Under the pieces are notes generated by a model that was given only the letters and a program-made list of their open reading frames with translations, ran no database searches and was not told where the DNA came from. DNA of 64,000 nt, from the NCBI GenBank assembly GCA_973895155.1, contig OZ316895.1, positions 928,435 through 992,434 of the forward strand, given 5' to 3'. Positions 25,946 to 38,998 of this stretch are shown here, piece by piece. Both the position numbers and the translations under genes were made by a program. The stretch's first letter is position 1; every line of letters starts with the position of its first letter. This DNA comes from Marsupella aquatica (taxonomy: Eukaryota > Plantae > Marchantiophyta).

Positions 25946-28900
25946 TCATGCCAAAAAAAAACACAATGGGTTCAATAGTTTTGTAGGAGATGCCTGTCCA
26001 GCTGGATGTTATTCATCTTAAAAAGCTCGTTGAGTGCTAATAAAAACACATGTCACATGTCTGGATCCAAAAAGGTGGAGGGGAATCGACTTTTTGCTAG
26101 TCATTCAACTCAGTGGCAGACACATGGATTTCACAATATCCAAAATGAAAAGACAATGAGTCCTAGATTTGCGCTGTTGTTGATAGAGATGCCTGGCCGG
26201 ATTGATTGGGAGTGACAAACCCTGCCTCGGGAGAGGTACTTTGTACGTGTTATCCAGACCACCACAAAATAAGGGCCAACAGTGGACGACGGTTTCCCCT
26301 TTTCATACAATTTATAAAGGACTAACTATGGCCCCCTACCAGCTGTGGCAGCTACGGCCCTCGTTGGGCCCATCTTTGATGATGATGGTGCTAGGGACAA
26401 ATTTTCTCCTAACAAATAGCCAGTTTTTATGATTAAAAACGTAACCCAATCTCAATGTTAATTAAACCACCCGTCCCATATAAATTCCCCTCTTCTGGGC
26501 CCAGCCAGTAGATCACCTTAAAAGGTGAGCACCTCACCCCAATACTGGTCTTGAAAGGTGAACCTCACCCCAACCCATCCTTCCATTCATAGTGGCAAAT
26601 GAGAGGTATACCCATAATTCTTATATGTGCAGCTATGGTTTAAGGTATTTTAAATGTATAAGCAGTGGAAAGTGTTGCCCGCTGCCCAGGCTTAATAGAA
26701 CTGGGCATCACAGTCATGACCCAGGATGAGTTGTAACCCCATGCAAATTGCGGACTGGGTAGTGACCGAACTGAGAACCGGCTGGGTCATGAACCATGTA
26801 ATTATCCATGGTGATGGTGGTGATTGGAGTGGAAACTGGACTATATACAACGCGGGTCGATGGTTGGCAGTGATGACATGGGGTTCGCTGGCAGTGCGTA
26901 TGAGTAGACTGCACTAACCTCTTTTTGCACTTACAAAGTGTTAATGGGCATCTGGTTTACACGCAGAAATGCTCTTTGACATACATCTGGGGAGGGCACC
27001 TGCAGGCAGCCATGGGAAGGAGGGGCAAGGAGCCCTTCAGGCTCAATAATGAGCCTCAAGATCATTGTCTTTGAGAATGCCTCAAGATCATTGTCTTATA
27101 TAATAGCTTATATGGAGGTCGACTCCAAGTCCCATCCAAGTCCCACCTGTTCCCCCTAGGCCTCCGTAGAGTAGATATGTTTTGCAAAGTAGCAATGTTG
27201 TACTGAGGAGATAGCATGGTGATGGGTTTGCCATGCAAGCCTGCCTTCAGGATTCTCTGGAAGGTGCTTCGTGGGTTTCTTTACATTGCCCAAAGCTATG
27301 GAGTCTGCTACTCACCCTCCTCCATTGTTGAGTTTCTTATTGCACTACCCACCTGGCTTTGCTATTCTGGCACCAGATTGTGCGGAAGGTGATTTTTGAG
27401 GGCTACTCAATTTTTCACAGTAAAGCTAATTGGTATAAAACACATCATTAATGAAAATGGGAGGGTTTTTGCCTGCTCAAATATTTTAGGCCAGTGCATG
27501 GGTTGAGTCTTGGGGCAGTGTTTCCTTCCACACTTTTTACACATGGAATTAAGAATAGAAAGCCTCAAATAAGACTGGAAGTAAAGTCTGGAGGGAACTG
27601 GCAGGCTGGTTGTGAATTCAGGTACAGAATGTCTAAAAGGACTTGGGTAGCACCTTTATAATTTGACTAAAATGTGACCTGTAACCATCTCCTGACCATT
27701 TGTTGTCAATTTTGGTTAATTTACTTGGTGGTAAATAGCCGGTCATGCCCAGATTACTCAGGTTGTCCTTCACCAAAGCAAAATGTCCGCTGACAGTTGA
27801 TATTCCGCCCTTTTTGTGCTCATCTCAAATGGAGCAAATTGATCTCAAATAGTTCTTAGCCAGATAATAGACAGGACATGAGAGAGCATGTTGGAAAATT
27901 TTGAGATGAAACAGAGATCCAAAAGCTGTCCAGATACATGCTTAAGTTTGTTTAAAAAACCAACAGAACCATGGTAGTCAAGGTGCCTGGAAAACATTAC
28001 TCGGAATTCCTTCATAAAAATGAAATGTCCTTCCAAAAGCAGTCTGTCATATTTTTCTGGTGTATTTTTATAATGAGCTTATGCAGTCCTTGGGGGTGGG
28101 TCAAGGACTACATGTTGGTCCATCTGGTTACCACTTTTAATAAGATAAAATACACAATAAAACTGGCTAGGAACTTCGGAAAGCAAATCCAGAATTTCAT
28201 TCAGGATACTTCAATGGTTCATAGTGAGGCTCTTTTGTCGTGTTGAGCCAACAGTGAAACTCTCAGTATGTAAGCTGCACGAGAATTTATGGCTTGCGAG
28301 AAAGAGGAGGGTTAACAACTCATACTAGTCCAGGCTCATAACGCAAGATATTTTGTGGGATCCAAGTCAACTTTCTACTCGAAGGAGGTCAAGGCCACTG
28401 AAATCTTACCCTTGAACTGTTTGCCTCAACAAACATGTTCGTTGTGAAAGAACAGGATTCAAGCCACGACGTAATCTATAGTGTATTCGTAGATTGGTGC
28501 CACCAGTGGAATCCAGATTTGCATAATTGCATGTGCATGGTGTATACAGGTGTTGTCCAGTATTAGTTTTTTTGGGCTCCTGACACCAACAAACTTTTTT
28601 AAGTGGGGGTTTTTAATTGGAAATCGGTAGCCTTTATTATTTGACAAAGAAGTGAAGCACAAGAGCAGGTGAGGGAGGATTGTCAGCAGGGAAGTTGTTC
28701 CAGGCGAGAATTTTCACCAAAATCTTACTTCCTCGAGGTACTGACGAAAGATGCAAAGAATTTAGGGGGATTACCTCTCAGCACGTCGACCTCTGGTCCC
28801 CTGGTTTGGTGCCTTTTTGGGCCCTCCTTTCTGTATGTGGTTATTTGAATGTAATCATTCTTTAGGGGCAAAAAAAGAATTTAGGGGAACTGATAAAGGA

Positions 28901-29649
28901 AATTGGCCAAAATCTGTCTTTACCTGCAGTTTGCTTTGTCAGATTGTAACATCTGACTCCCTCACAAGATACAGAAAAGGAACCACTGCCAGTGGTCACG
29001 CCCCAGCTCCTGTCTCAAACAGAGTTTCTAATTATGACCCGTAGATATCACGAGATTTTACGGGCATCTTCAATCGCTTTTCAAACTATCAGAAATGCAT
29101 GATATTACGTGGAATCTACTGGAGATGAACACCTCAGGTTCTTGCCTCATAAGTTTGCGCCCCTTCTGATTGTGGATATTGAGGTAGAATGCAAAGAGAT
29201 TGAATGGTGCAATGATTGAAAACTGGTGGTTGAGGCTCATCATTCTTCGCTTAAAGCCTGACTTGTTTGCACTGCGGGTTCCAACTGGACGAGTAAAGTT
29301 AGGGGGTATGGTGTGGTACCCTTTTTTGTTTGTGTTTTGGGTTTGTACCTTGGTTCTAAGCTGCACGCTGAGTAAAACGACTGCTGGAGAGGGTTTAAAA
29401 CCCATCGAGAATGAACAGTTATTGGCACTGGATCAAAGTTTATCACGGGCTATTCAAATGTTCAATACTACAGGAGTAGATTTAATGTGGCAGATCGATA
29501 GCCCCTGCCAGTCTGTCTGCTGTTCTCTGTCTCTTCTCCGTTCTGAACATTGCCCGGGCTGACTTCTGATCAGACTTTACATACCTCGAAAGGCCCGCCA
29601 AGGGGACGAATGCCATGAAATTGTAGACAAAACTCACTGAGACACAAGT

Positions 29650-31100
29650 AGATCACTACTCAATCTTGAGTTTTAAACGTCTTCCCTGTAAGACAGATTT
29701 TGTTTGTAAAAGATTTGTAATTCAATTCAACTTTTGCAGGCAGCGGACAACATAAATTGAATTTCTGGGAACAGTCTAGTAATTGCCGGGTGACCTCCCA
29801 AGGTCACTAACGGTACCAAGGCAGCAAAGACAGCCAAGAACTGGGCTGCATGTGTAACAAATTTCTTAGAGTGGCCAAATTCTCCAGGATGTTTGGGGAG
29901 AATCGGGCACCCCAAATCGCAACTTACTTCGCAGTATCTTGACTACCGGTTGAAGGTCTTTCTTGGGAAAGTCTCTTGATCGACTAGGGAAAAATTTGGA
30001 ATCATGCGGACACATCTCCTGACATGGAGAGTAAGTTTGTGGCCACGAATTCGGTAATGAACAGGACGCTCCAATCTCGACTTTCAGACACTGGTTACCA
30101 ATTGAAGAACAACTGTATTCAGTGCTGAGGGGAAATTTGCACCAAACTGCGTCTCATCTGGGAGTTGAGTACGGTAGGGGTTTTGAAGGCAAATAAACTT
30201 GCACCACACGGACAAATATAGCGCAGAGTAGAGGCAAGTCATTGGCCACAACTTTCCCTGAGCTGCATGCATAGTTGATAGGATCCTCAAATCACAAGTT
30301 CAGTCCCTGATTACCTGTCGCAGATCATTCTTGGACAACTTGTTGAAAAGGCGGGTACGGGGAAATCTTCCAGAGCTACAGCTATTACTGAGACTAAAGG
30401 TTTCGGATCTCACATTGTTCTACATGTTCCTACTTTTCTTTTTGGCTTTACCCCGATAGGAAAGCAAAGACAATCAAGTACAGGTTGCAAATCTTCTTCT
30501 CAATGGCGAATTGTGGCCAGTATGAGCATGTGAGCAGGGGTGACGTAGCATCCGTTCTTGGGACGCGAGAATTTGACATTCAGCACTCAGCAACCCGATG
30601 AGAGTTCTAGATGCGGTGGTGGTTCCACCCTCTGGGTATCAGGAGGCCAGAATGCGGAACGACCCCTTAGCCCAAGCGTGCCCAACGAGAAAGCACTCCC
30701 GTTTGATATGGCATCTAGAGGAAATAATTATTAGGGTCCAGACTTCAGACGGATCATGGCTAGACAACCACAGTCCACAGAGTACTACGTACTGGGGCCC
30801 GGGCAATCTTTGAAAACAAGAACTTCAATTACTTCCATTACCAGCCGCGTTACAGAACTGGGAACTTGGGAAGTCTTCGGTCCACCCCGCACGAGCTTCG
30901 AGATTTATGCAGATCCGCTCGGCCAGTCGCCCAGTCGGCTCGTTACTGCTCCTGGACCTGGGAACCTGCGTCAAGTACTCAAGTTGGTGGGCCAACCCCA
31001 AACTGCCATTGCAAACGACTAAAAAAAGGTCCACTGGGTGACTGGGTGTCTGGGTGTCTGGGTTGGAGTAAGCTTTCGTGAAACAGTCCCAACCTGGCAT
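29650..31100 (-). mobile_element. Possible decayed LINE ORF2 3' region
   Basis: Trp-rich, stop-riddled minus-strand peptide fragments of LINE-like character. No intact motif recognised. Confidence 0.25.
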
Positions 31101-31979
31101 GTAGCGTAGACTACTATTTTGGATCCAGCGTCAAAACAGCCATTACAGGTACGCCTTTCATCTATGTTTGGGTTCATTATTGATTAGGGCCTCTCAACTC
31201 TCAAAGCACTGTCTTAACGAGTATGAGTTGGCCATAAGGAGAGTGTGTTATGGGAACGACCATAAAAGTTAAACGATGCCTAACTTGGCTTCCATAAAAA
31301 AATGTTGCGGTCCACCCAAACCTGAAACTTCATTTTTGAGACTTTGAATTTGCGTCATCATAGAGTTATCACAAGATTGCGTTATCCAGGGACTGAAATG
31401 ACATGCCAGTCAATTTGTATTATTAGAAAGCTATTCATTTGTGACCGCTTGTTGAGGTAACAGGTTTGGGCTTGTTCGACAGGGGCGGGCCAAAAACACT
31501 TACTCTGAGCAGGAGTATTCATAACTCATTCCTTAGCACAAGTCAATGCATATCCTCCCTGCACCCAATGGCCCGTAAAGTCTGGTCATAAGGTGTTTTA
31601 TGGACACAACTGGTGTCCCATAACTTTTCCTTACGACCCTGCCTTGAGACGCCCTATTAAAAGCACAAGCCGAGTGCCAATTCTTTGAACCTAGAGAAGG
31701 TCAATGTGAGCACATTCAAGCCCTTTGCCAATTTGACTCCTACCCCAACTTTGGTTACACCCCAGTTAGGGTTCACAGGTTTCAGTCTGGACCCCAGGCC
31801 CTGAAGAGTAGCTTTAATTAAATTCAGGGGACATAGATTCATAGGCAAACTGAAGACTCAACATAGAATTCATGAGTGGAAGTGCAGCTTGGCTTGAATT
31901 GCAGTTTGTCTCCAAAGCTCACCACAAACAATTTGTATGGAAAACTACCCTTTCAGTAGCCACCTAGTTAGTGTATGGG

Positions 31980-32515
31980 TGTCGTGACATATAGTATCGT
32001 AGCCATAGTGTATCGAAAACATACAAGTCACCGGCAAGGCATTTGTTCAAGCTGCTAGCAACCAACATGCATAGAAAAAGTCCAATCACATTCACAAGTG
32101 CCAAGAAAAAGCAAATGAAGTGGTATGTACGTAGTGGAGGTGTAAACCTCTGTATAATAAAAGGCGTAAGAGAAACAATTGTACTGAAATCGAATCGAAA
32201 ACCGGCAGGATGCCAAGATCGGTCGGGAGCATCTAACGAATCACTGTGTGAATCCCGTGTACGGAACCGACGAGCATTGTCTGAGCTCTATCAACAGCGA
32301 TTCAAGAAAAACTGAAAAACCCACAAACAAAGACATGCCCTAAGTAAACAAAGTCCTGGCGTCACACTAACAAGCGCGTTTGCTTCAAGAACGCCTAGCA
32401 TTTGCTATAAGAACATGTCGCTAACTCAAGTATTACACTAGCCCTAACTACATACCTAGCGGACATGTGAGGGACATGCCGATGTGCATAAGAGGCACTG
32501 TCCCTCGGCATGACA
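31980..32515 (-). repeat. Terminal repeat unit A+B (536 bp) at the element's 3' end
   Basis: TGTCGTGACA...GGCATGACA. A = 31980-32155 and B = 32156-32515. Homologous over its full length to the solo unit 63049-63583. Confidence 0.92.
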
Positions 32516-32517
32516 GT

Positions 32518-32694
32518 TGTCGTGACATATAGTATCGTAGCCATAGTGTATCAAAAACATACAAGTCACCGGCAAGGCATTTGTTCAAGCTGCTAGCAAC
32601 CAACATGCATTAGAAAAAGTCCAATCACATTCACAAGTGCCAAGAAAAAGCAAATGAAGTGGTATGTAAGTAGTGGAGGTGTAAACCTCTGTAT
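32518..32694 (-). repeat. Second copy of repeat A, separated from B by a 2-nt spacer
   Basis: About 3 differences from 31980-32155. The junction reads ...GGCATGACA-GT-TGTCGTGACA... on the plus strand. Confidence 0.92.
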
Positions 32695-32701
32695 CCCCCC
32701 C
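32695..32701 (-). promoter_or_regulatory. Polypurine tract (G7 on the sense strand)
   Basis: CCCCCCC on the plus strand abuts repeat A exactly, about 30 nt past the integrase-PHD stop codon. Confidence 0.65.
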
Positions 32702-32733
32702 AGACCACAGCCAAAAGGAGGGCTGAAGAAAAT

Positions 32734-34063
32734 TCAGGTAGCACATGGAGCACAGGAAGGGTGAAACCATAACCCTTGTGCCACCTGGGTAAGTTCAGGC
32801 CGAAGGCAGAAAAGATGGTACCCTCCATTGCAATTGTCACACAGCAGCATCTGGTCAGCATCATCAATTCGCAAACACACTTTGCAAGGGTAGTCCACAG
32901 GTGGAATCCAAGTAGAAGTCACAATGGTGGGATCCAGGTTAGGCAGATGACAAGGGGCGCAATTCTTGGCATTGTCAGCAATTGTGCGCCCATCTGCCCC
33001 TTGTAACTCTAGCACTCCAGACGGCCGAATAACTTTAACCCTGAGAATAGTATGACTGGTAGAGGTGTCCAGGGTGTCGTTAGCTTGCCGCTGCAAGTAC
33101 ACAAAATCTCCCACTTCAAACTTCCTGACCTTGGGCTGAAAAGTGCCCCCTCGTGTGTGTGCATAACGCAGTGTGTCTCTGTGCTGTGCGATGGCCAAAT
33201 TCTCCATGGCCATGGGCATAACCCTCCTGAATAGGGCAGCCCTCTCAGAGATCACATCAGACCAAGTTACAGCTGAATCCAAGTCTACCACCTGAAGCAT
33301 GTGAGCAGCAATAGCAGAAGGTGGAACTGGGTGACGACCAAACAACAAGAAGTAGGGAGAAAAGTTAGACAGTGATGCATGTCTGGACATCCTATACCCC
33401 ATGGCAATGTAGGGTAAGGCCAGGTCCCAATCCTCCTTGTTTTTGGTGAGGCAAATCTTCCGGAGACCCTTCTTGCATGTCTGAACCATGCGCTCTGCCA
33501 AGCCATCTGCCTGTGGGTGATCTCATGATGTCCGGCGATGATCAATGAGAGCCTGATCAAGCAGCTCCTGGAACTCTCCTCTAAACTCTGAGCCCTGGTC
33601 AGCGAGACATTCTGCACAAGCTCCAAAGCGGCTGAGAACTTATTGCAGGAATGCCTGGCTGGTGCTACGGGAGGTCTTATCCGACAATGCCACAAGTTCT
33701 ATCCACTTGGAGAAATGCTCTATCATGATCATGATGTAGAGATTACCCCGAGACGTGAGGGGTAATTCTCCAGCCAAATCACATGACCAGCGATAAAACA
33801 TGCCCTAAATAGGGAGTGGATGAAGTGGGTTGCCGAGATGTGAAAGAAGTCCTCACCCTATCACACTGGGCAATAACATCTCGAACCTGGCCATGCATGC
33901 CTCTCCAATGATAATGAGGGACCAAAAGGCTGTAAGTCCTCTTAATGCCAAAATGACCAAGCTCAGAATGTACCTTACGGATAAGGCCAACCCTCTCATG
34001 AATGGGTGGAACCACCACTTCCCTGTCTGGCAAGCAACGCACAAGATGATTTCCTTTCCACAA
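32734..34063 (-). pseudogene. DDE integrase with C-terminal PHD finger (frameshifted)
   Basis: Zn-binding HSELGHFG...C; core DLAGELP, DQGSEF and AERMVQTCK; SPYFLLFGR; then CKVC...MLLCDNCNGGYHLFCL...WFHPSC (C4HC3 PHD, seventh ligand altered to H). Confidence 0.88.
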
Positions 34064-34096
34064 GTAACGCTTGGACCTTTGCTGAATTCGGTCTCT

Positions 34097-34912
34097 CTAC
34101 ATGTATGGGGTACCCCCATGCTGCAAAAATCTCAGAGTGTCGTTGTCCTCCCATATGTCCACCACAGGTTGGTCAACAACATAGCATGGCAGCAAAGCAA
34201 GATAGGTAGATGCATGAAATGTAGGCAGGATGGAAACCTGGTCAAAATCTTGTCGTGCATCTGAGGAATCATCAAAGGCAATCAAAGGGCTGCGGGACAT
34301 AGTGTCAGCATTTTGATGTGTCACACCAGGCCTATGAATTACCTCAAAATCATACTCCTGGAGTATGAGTGCCCAACGAGCAAGCTTGCCAGTAAGCTTG
34401 TCGTTGGTCATCAACCACTTCAAGGGTTGGTGGTCGGTGTAGAGAACAAACCTGGTCCCATAGAGGTAGGGCCTATAATGTATGACAGCCCACACAACAG
34501 CAAGGCATTCACCCTCATAAGAAGAATAATGACTCTCTGCCTGATTGTTGCTCCTGGATGCATAGGCAATGACGTACTCTTTACCTTCCTCATCATGCTG
34601 GCCCAGAATGGCACCAATCCCAAGGGCACTCCAATCTGTGTGTAGCACAAAGACCTTGCTGAAATCAGGTCTTCTTAGCACCGGGTATTCTGAGAGCTTC
34701 TCCTTCAAAGTGGCAAATGCTGCCTCAGCATCTGTACTCCATGTCCAAGTCACATTCTTTTTCAACAAAGCATACAATGGGTGTGCAATGGTGCTGAAAT
34801 CTTTGATGTAGATCCGGTAGTAATTGCACAACCCAATAAAACTCCTCAAAGTGTGAACATCGGTAGGAGTGGGCATTTCCAAGATGGATACCACCTTGGC
34901 CCAGTGAGCCAT
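34097..34912 (-). pseudogene. Ty3-type RT connection and RNase H
   Basis: LRSFIGLCNYYR, LHTDWSALGIGAIL, YSSYEGECLAV, YTDHQPL, NADTMSR. In frame with RT across a single stop at 34988-34990. Confidence 0.92.
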
Positions 34913-34987
34913 GGTTCCATTTGGAAGAATGCGGTGCCCAAGGTATACTACTGATCTGATAGCAAATTCACACTTCTTGGGGTGTAT

Positions 34988-35700
34988 CTATAGGTTCACC
35001 TTCTTAAGCCTCATGAATAGCTCCTCGAGGTCAAGTAGATGCTGGTCAAATCCTTTGCTGTGGACCAACACATCATCAATGTAGCATTTGAGAAACTCAG
35101 CACCTTGAAGAACCTGGTCCATGACTCTTTGAAAGAATATGGGCACATTCTTCAAGCCAAATGGCATCACCAACCACTCCCATAGTTGGTTACTACCATG
35201 GAAAGTTGTTTTCTTGCGGTCCTTTGCAAGCAGCAAAATCTGGTTAAAGCCTTGCCTTAGATCCACAAGAGTAAAGATGTCTGAGTCTCCAATGCTGTCA
35301 AATAGCTCCTCTGGCCGTGGCATGGGGTACCTGTCTTGGGGTGTGACCAGGTTCAGTGGCCTGTAGTCCCCACACATGCGCTTCTCTGTCCACAATCCAT
35401 TGGAATCCTTCTTTGCTGGCATCACTGTAGCTGCTGCAAAATCTGATGTAAATGGCTGAATAAGACCAGCTTCATATAACTCTTGGCACCTCTCATCCAC
35501 CAGCTGCCACTCATGCTTACTCAAACGATGTCTCCGCCTAGGTGTTTCATCAGCCAACTCAATGGAGAACTGCATGGTCTTGCACTTACCCAAGTCCTTC
35601 ATAGAGAAAGCAAACACGTTCTCATGCTTGAGGAGCAAATTCAGCAGCTGGTCCTTCTGTCTTTTACTCAGGTGGTTGCCCATGATGAATGTGTAGTTGG
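34988..35700 (-). pseudogene. Ty3-type reverse transcriptase
   Basis: RMCGDYRPLN, DRYPMP, DLRQGFNQI, KTTF, VMPFGLKN and YIDDVLV in ORF 34988..36475. Confidence 0.95.
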
Positions 35701-36049
35701 CAACACTAGGAATAGGACCTGATGTACTCGTGCTTGAAGAGCCAGAAGTGCTAGCCTCTCCACTGTCCAAGCTGCTAGCATGCTGCTGATAAGGTGATGA
35801 GGCCTCTCCAAGGCCTGTTGTATCTGTTGCTCTGGTCTGATCCACACCATGAAACTCAGAAATAATATCAGCCACGTTACAAGGGACCTCCTCCCCCCCA
35901 ACACTTGGACTGAAGCGGTGAGTGTTGAATAGAGGTAAGTGCACTTGGTCTGGGTGCCATGTAGCAGCACCATGGAGTGGTAGGGCTGGAACTCCTGATG
36001 CTGGATGAATGTACATCTGAAAAAGGATGCAAGTGACCAGAAGCCAAGT

Positions 36050-36965
36050 GAGAGCATTAAGATCCATTACCCTACCAAGTAAAGCATTCCTGGCCAGCTT
36101 GGTGATTTTGGTGTGGCATCTAGTACCGGGTTGGAAGCCCATAGCCCGTTCTCTCTCCTCAGGACTAGGTTCATCCCATGTACCGGTAGAATGTCGGTAA
36201 ACCAAGCCAGGACCATCACCCTGAAAAGCATGTGCACCTGGAAAGGACACAAATGTAGGCCAAGCAGCACGGGGCTGTCCAATGGTATTGGCTGGATACC
36301 AAGGTGCTGGCTCTTGCTGTGTAACTGGTTGGCAAGAACTGTCAGGATCCAAAATCTGGTCCACTGTGAGGTTAGTGTCCCTGGATGTGTGGTGAAGAGC
36401 TAACTCCAACAAGAAAGGTTGTGCAAGGTTAGTCCAAAAGTTACGAAGACGATGTGCATAAGAACCACAGTGCACTGCATCAATGAGAAGGGTGGTCCCA
36501 AGTAATGCTGGACCACACTGAAATCCTCTTTGACCTGTGGACGCTGGTCAAACTGAGATGGAATATTCTCAATGATATAGCCAACAGCAGGATAAAGGGA
36601 TTGAGCCCAGGTGAGAATCTGAACCAATGCTGTGAAAAGGCCAGAACGAGAATCATGCAGTCCAGCAGCTGAAAACCCTTGGCATTCCCAACCAGCTATG
36701 ATCAAATCAAGGGAGCCAAGAAGGTTTAAGTGTCGGTGCTGGACAAGCTGGATATCTGGAGGGAAGAAAGAAAATGCAGACTTCCATGCACTGTGTGGAA
36801 ACTATTGGGGAAATCGCTCTGAAAATTCCAGCAGACGGGATTCAGCCATTTGCCTTGCACCTGGATCAATGTCCACGTAGATGTACTGCTTCACCACCAT
36901 GCCAGACTGTAGGAGAGCTTCCAAGCCTGTAGAAATGCCACCAAAAAGCTCAAGCAATGTAAGGC
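36050..36965 (-). pseudogene. C5 cytosine DNA methyltransferase domain, DNMT3-like, embedded in pol
   Basis: Motifs in canonical order: I LLELFGGISTG, II YVDID, IV DLIIAGWECQGFS (catalytic Cys kept), VI YIIENI, VIII AHRLRNFWTN, IX ERERAMGF, X RNALLGRVM. One in-frame stop (36802) and one frameshift (near 36490). Confidence 0.85.
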
Positions 36966-37299
36966 CATCCGGAGGAGGAGTCCATGTAACTGGTGCGCTC
37001 AAGATTGGGGCTATTGGTTGTCCATTGTGCTGCCCAAGGTCCTCAAATTTGTGCAATGTAGCCACCAAAGGTCCATGGGCTGCTTGGAGCCGTTGTACCA
37101 CCTCTGGTTGATGATCCACATTGATGGGAAGTGCTGCTATACGTGCAACAACATGTGCAGCAGCCACCTCATCATCATCCTCCTCAATCCAATCCTGCAA
37201 TGGGTGGTTGACATAGGTAGCTGTGTGCACTGCTTTCAAAACACAGTGGTGAGCCATAGGTGTATGAGCACCATGCAAATCAAGTGGAATGTAGCCCAA

Positions 37300-37779
37300 G
37301 TGTGAGCCATCCGTATGCCAATCAACTCTGTAGTATGCATGCTCATGCCAGTTGTCAATGGTAAAACCTGGTGGGAACAAAGCCTCCTGGCCAATGAGCA
37401 CATCATACGTAGTGGCATTGGTAACCAAACATCTGACTGGGAAATGCAGTTCCTGATCTGTACCTCCATTAAAAGTGAGAGTGAGTAAAGTAGAACTCTC
37501 ACCCAGCACATCCTCCACAGTGCCACTAGTAGTCCAAATGTGCCACTTGGATTGCTGTAAATGATTAGTCAGCAGTCCCATCTTCTTGGCAAACTGAATG
37601 CCCAATATCATTGGTTGAGCACCTGTGTCTAGCATGACCACCTGAGGAGTGTGACCGTCCAACTTGACCGCTGAATTCATGTTGGCAACAATGGCAATGG
37701 TGGTGGAAACTGAAGTCCTATCGCTAGGCACCACTTTTGGCAAATGATGAGGTACTTTGTGAAGGGAGTTAGTGTCCAC
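37300..37779 (-). pseudogene. Retroviral-type aspartic protease
   Basis: VMLDTGAQPMILG...YDVLIGQEAL in ORF 36802..37779, in frame with DNMT motif I. Confidence 0.85.
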
Positions 37780-37813
37780 GGTGTCCGGGTGACCATGTAA
37801 TCTTGTAAGAGCA

Positions 37814-38998
37814 TGTTGGCTCTTACAAAGTTAACTTTGCATGCCCATAAGTTCTACACTAAAACTAAAATGATAATTCTAGTAACAAGGGTAGTGGGTA
37901 TTAAGAAAGGTTCAGGTGAAACTAAAATACTGTTAAACCCTACTTCACCATACTTGCGGACCAACACATCACGGAAATTAGTTTTCTTACGACATATGAT
38001 CCTAATATCTCCAAGAGAAAATGAAACAGGAATATCATCTGGACTCCTATTCAAGTCCATGACTTCAATAAAAGATAAAGATAATGCATTCCCACTCATC
38101 ACGGTACGACACTACTGGGTATATTATCGGCTCGTTAGAAACCATAACAGCAGTTGCAAACTGAGCTCCAAAATGATAGGTTAAATGTTGTCTCATAGAT
38201 GGTTTGTCTAAAAGATGGACTCTAATCAAAAATGGATTACGAAGGGGAAGATCAGGGATAATTCTCTCTCTTGGATTCATGATGTCTCTCCTATTCCTTT
38301 GCTATCCGGGCCAAAGGACGCCCCACCCCTAAATTCCCAAAGAAACCTTATTTCCTAAGGTCCCATCTATAAGTCTACCACTCATTCCTTTGCTATCCGG
38401 GCCAAAAGACGCCCCACTACTATGTTTAAGGCACAAAGAGCTTCACAACCTTGAATGATAAACACTGCGGAATGAGGGGAGAGTGCCCCTCACCACTTTA
38501 TTTATAGTGCACACCAAGAGGGCATGGATCAAGCCCAAGCACTTGGATAAAGACCAAGTGTCAAACATCTAATACCTAAGAGTGTGCTAGTACTGTTCAT
38601 AGTTGGTGAAACTACTTTTAGTAGGGGGAACTACCATGCATTGGTGGAACTACTGTGCGTTGGTGGACCTACTGTGCGTTGGTGGAACTATTGTGTGTTG
38701 GTGGACCTACTGTGCGTTGGTGGTCCTACTATGCGTTGGTGGACCTATTATGCGTTAGTGGACCTACTGTGCATTGGTAGAACTATTGTGCGTTGGTAGA
38801 ACTACTCATATACATTGGTAGAACTACTCATATGCATTGGTGGAACTATTGTAGTCCGTTAATATTGCTAAAGAAGTTAATAAAGTCTAAATTTAATAAT
38901 CTAACTACTAAACTACTTATATAATCTATAACATATTAAAACATCCAATTTTTTTATAACTTAAGAGAAAATCATGACAACGGACTTTCTATTCAACA
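37814..38998 (-). mobile_element. Nested solo-LTR-like insertion (about 1.2 kb) from an unrelated family
   Basis: TGTTG...CAACA termini. AT-rich and interrupts the gag-protease linker. CTATAAATAA on the minus strand near 38500. Internal tandem array. No clean 5-bp TSD. Confidence 0.6.
38620..38855. repeat. 19-bp minisatellite, about 11 copies (GGTGGA[A/C]CTACTGTGCGTT)
   Basis: Head-to-tail units with no spacers. Confidence 0.9.

Noticed and set aside
36050-36965. Bacterial restriction-modification methylase or contamination
   Set aside because: The domain is in frame with retroviral protease and RT and has DNMT3-like motifs, and the surrounding DNA is eukaryotic.
38620-38855. Possible CRISPR array
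   Set aside because: The 19-bp units are head-to-tail with no unique spacers, in a eukaryotic LTR context with no cas genes.
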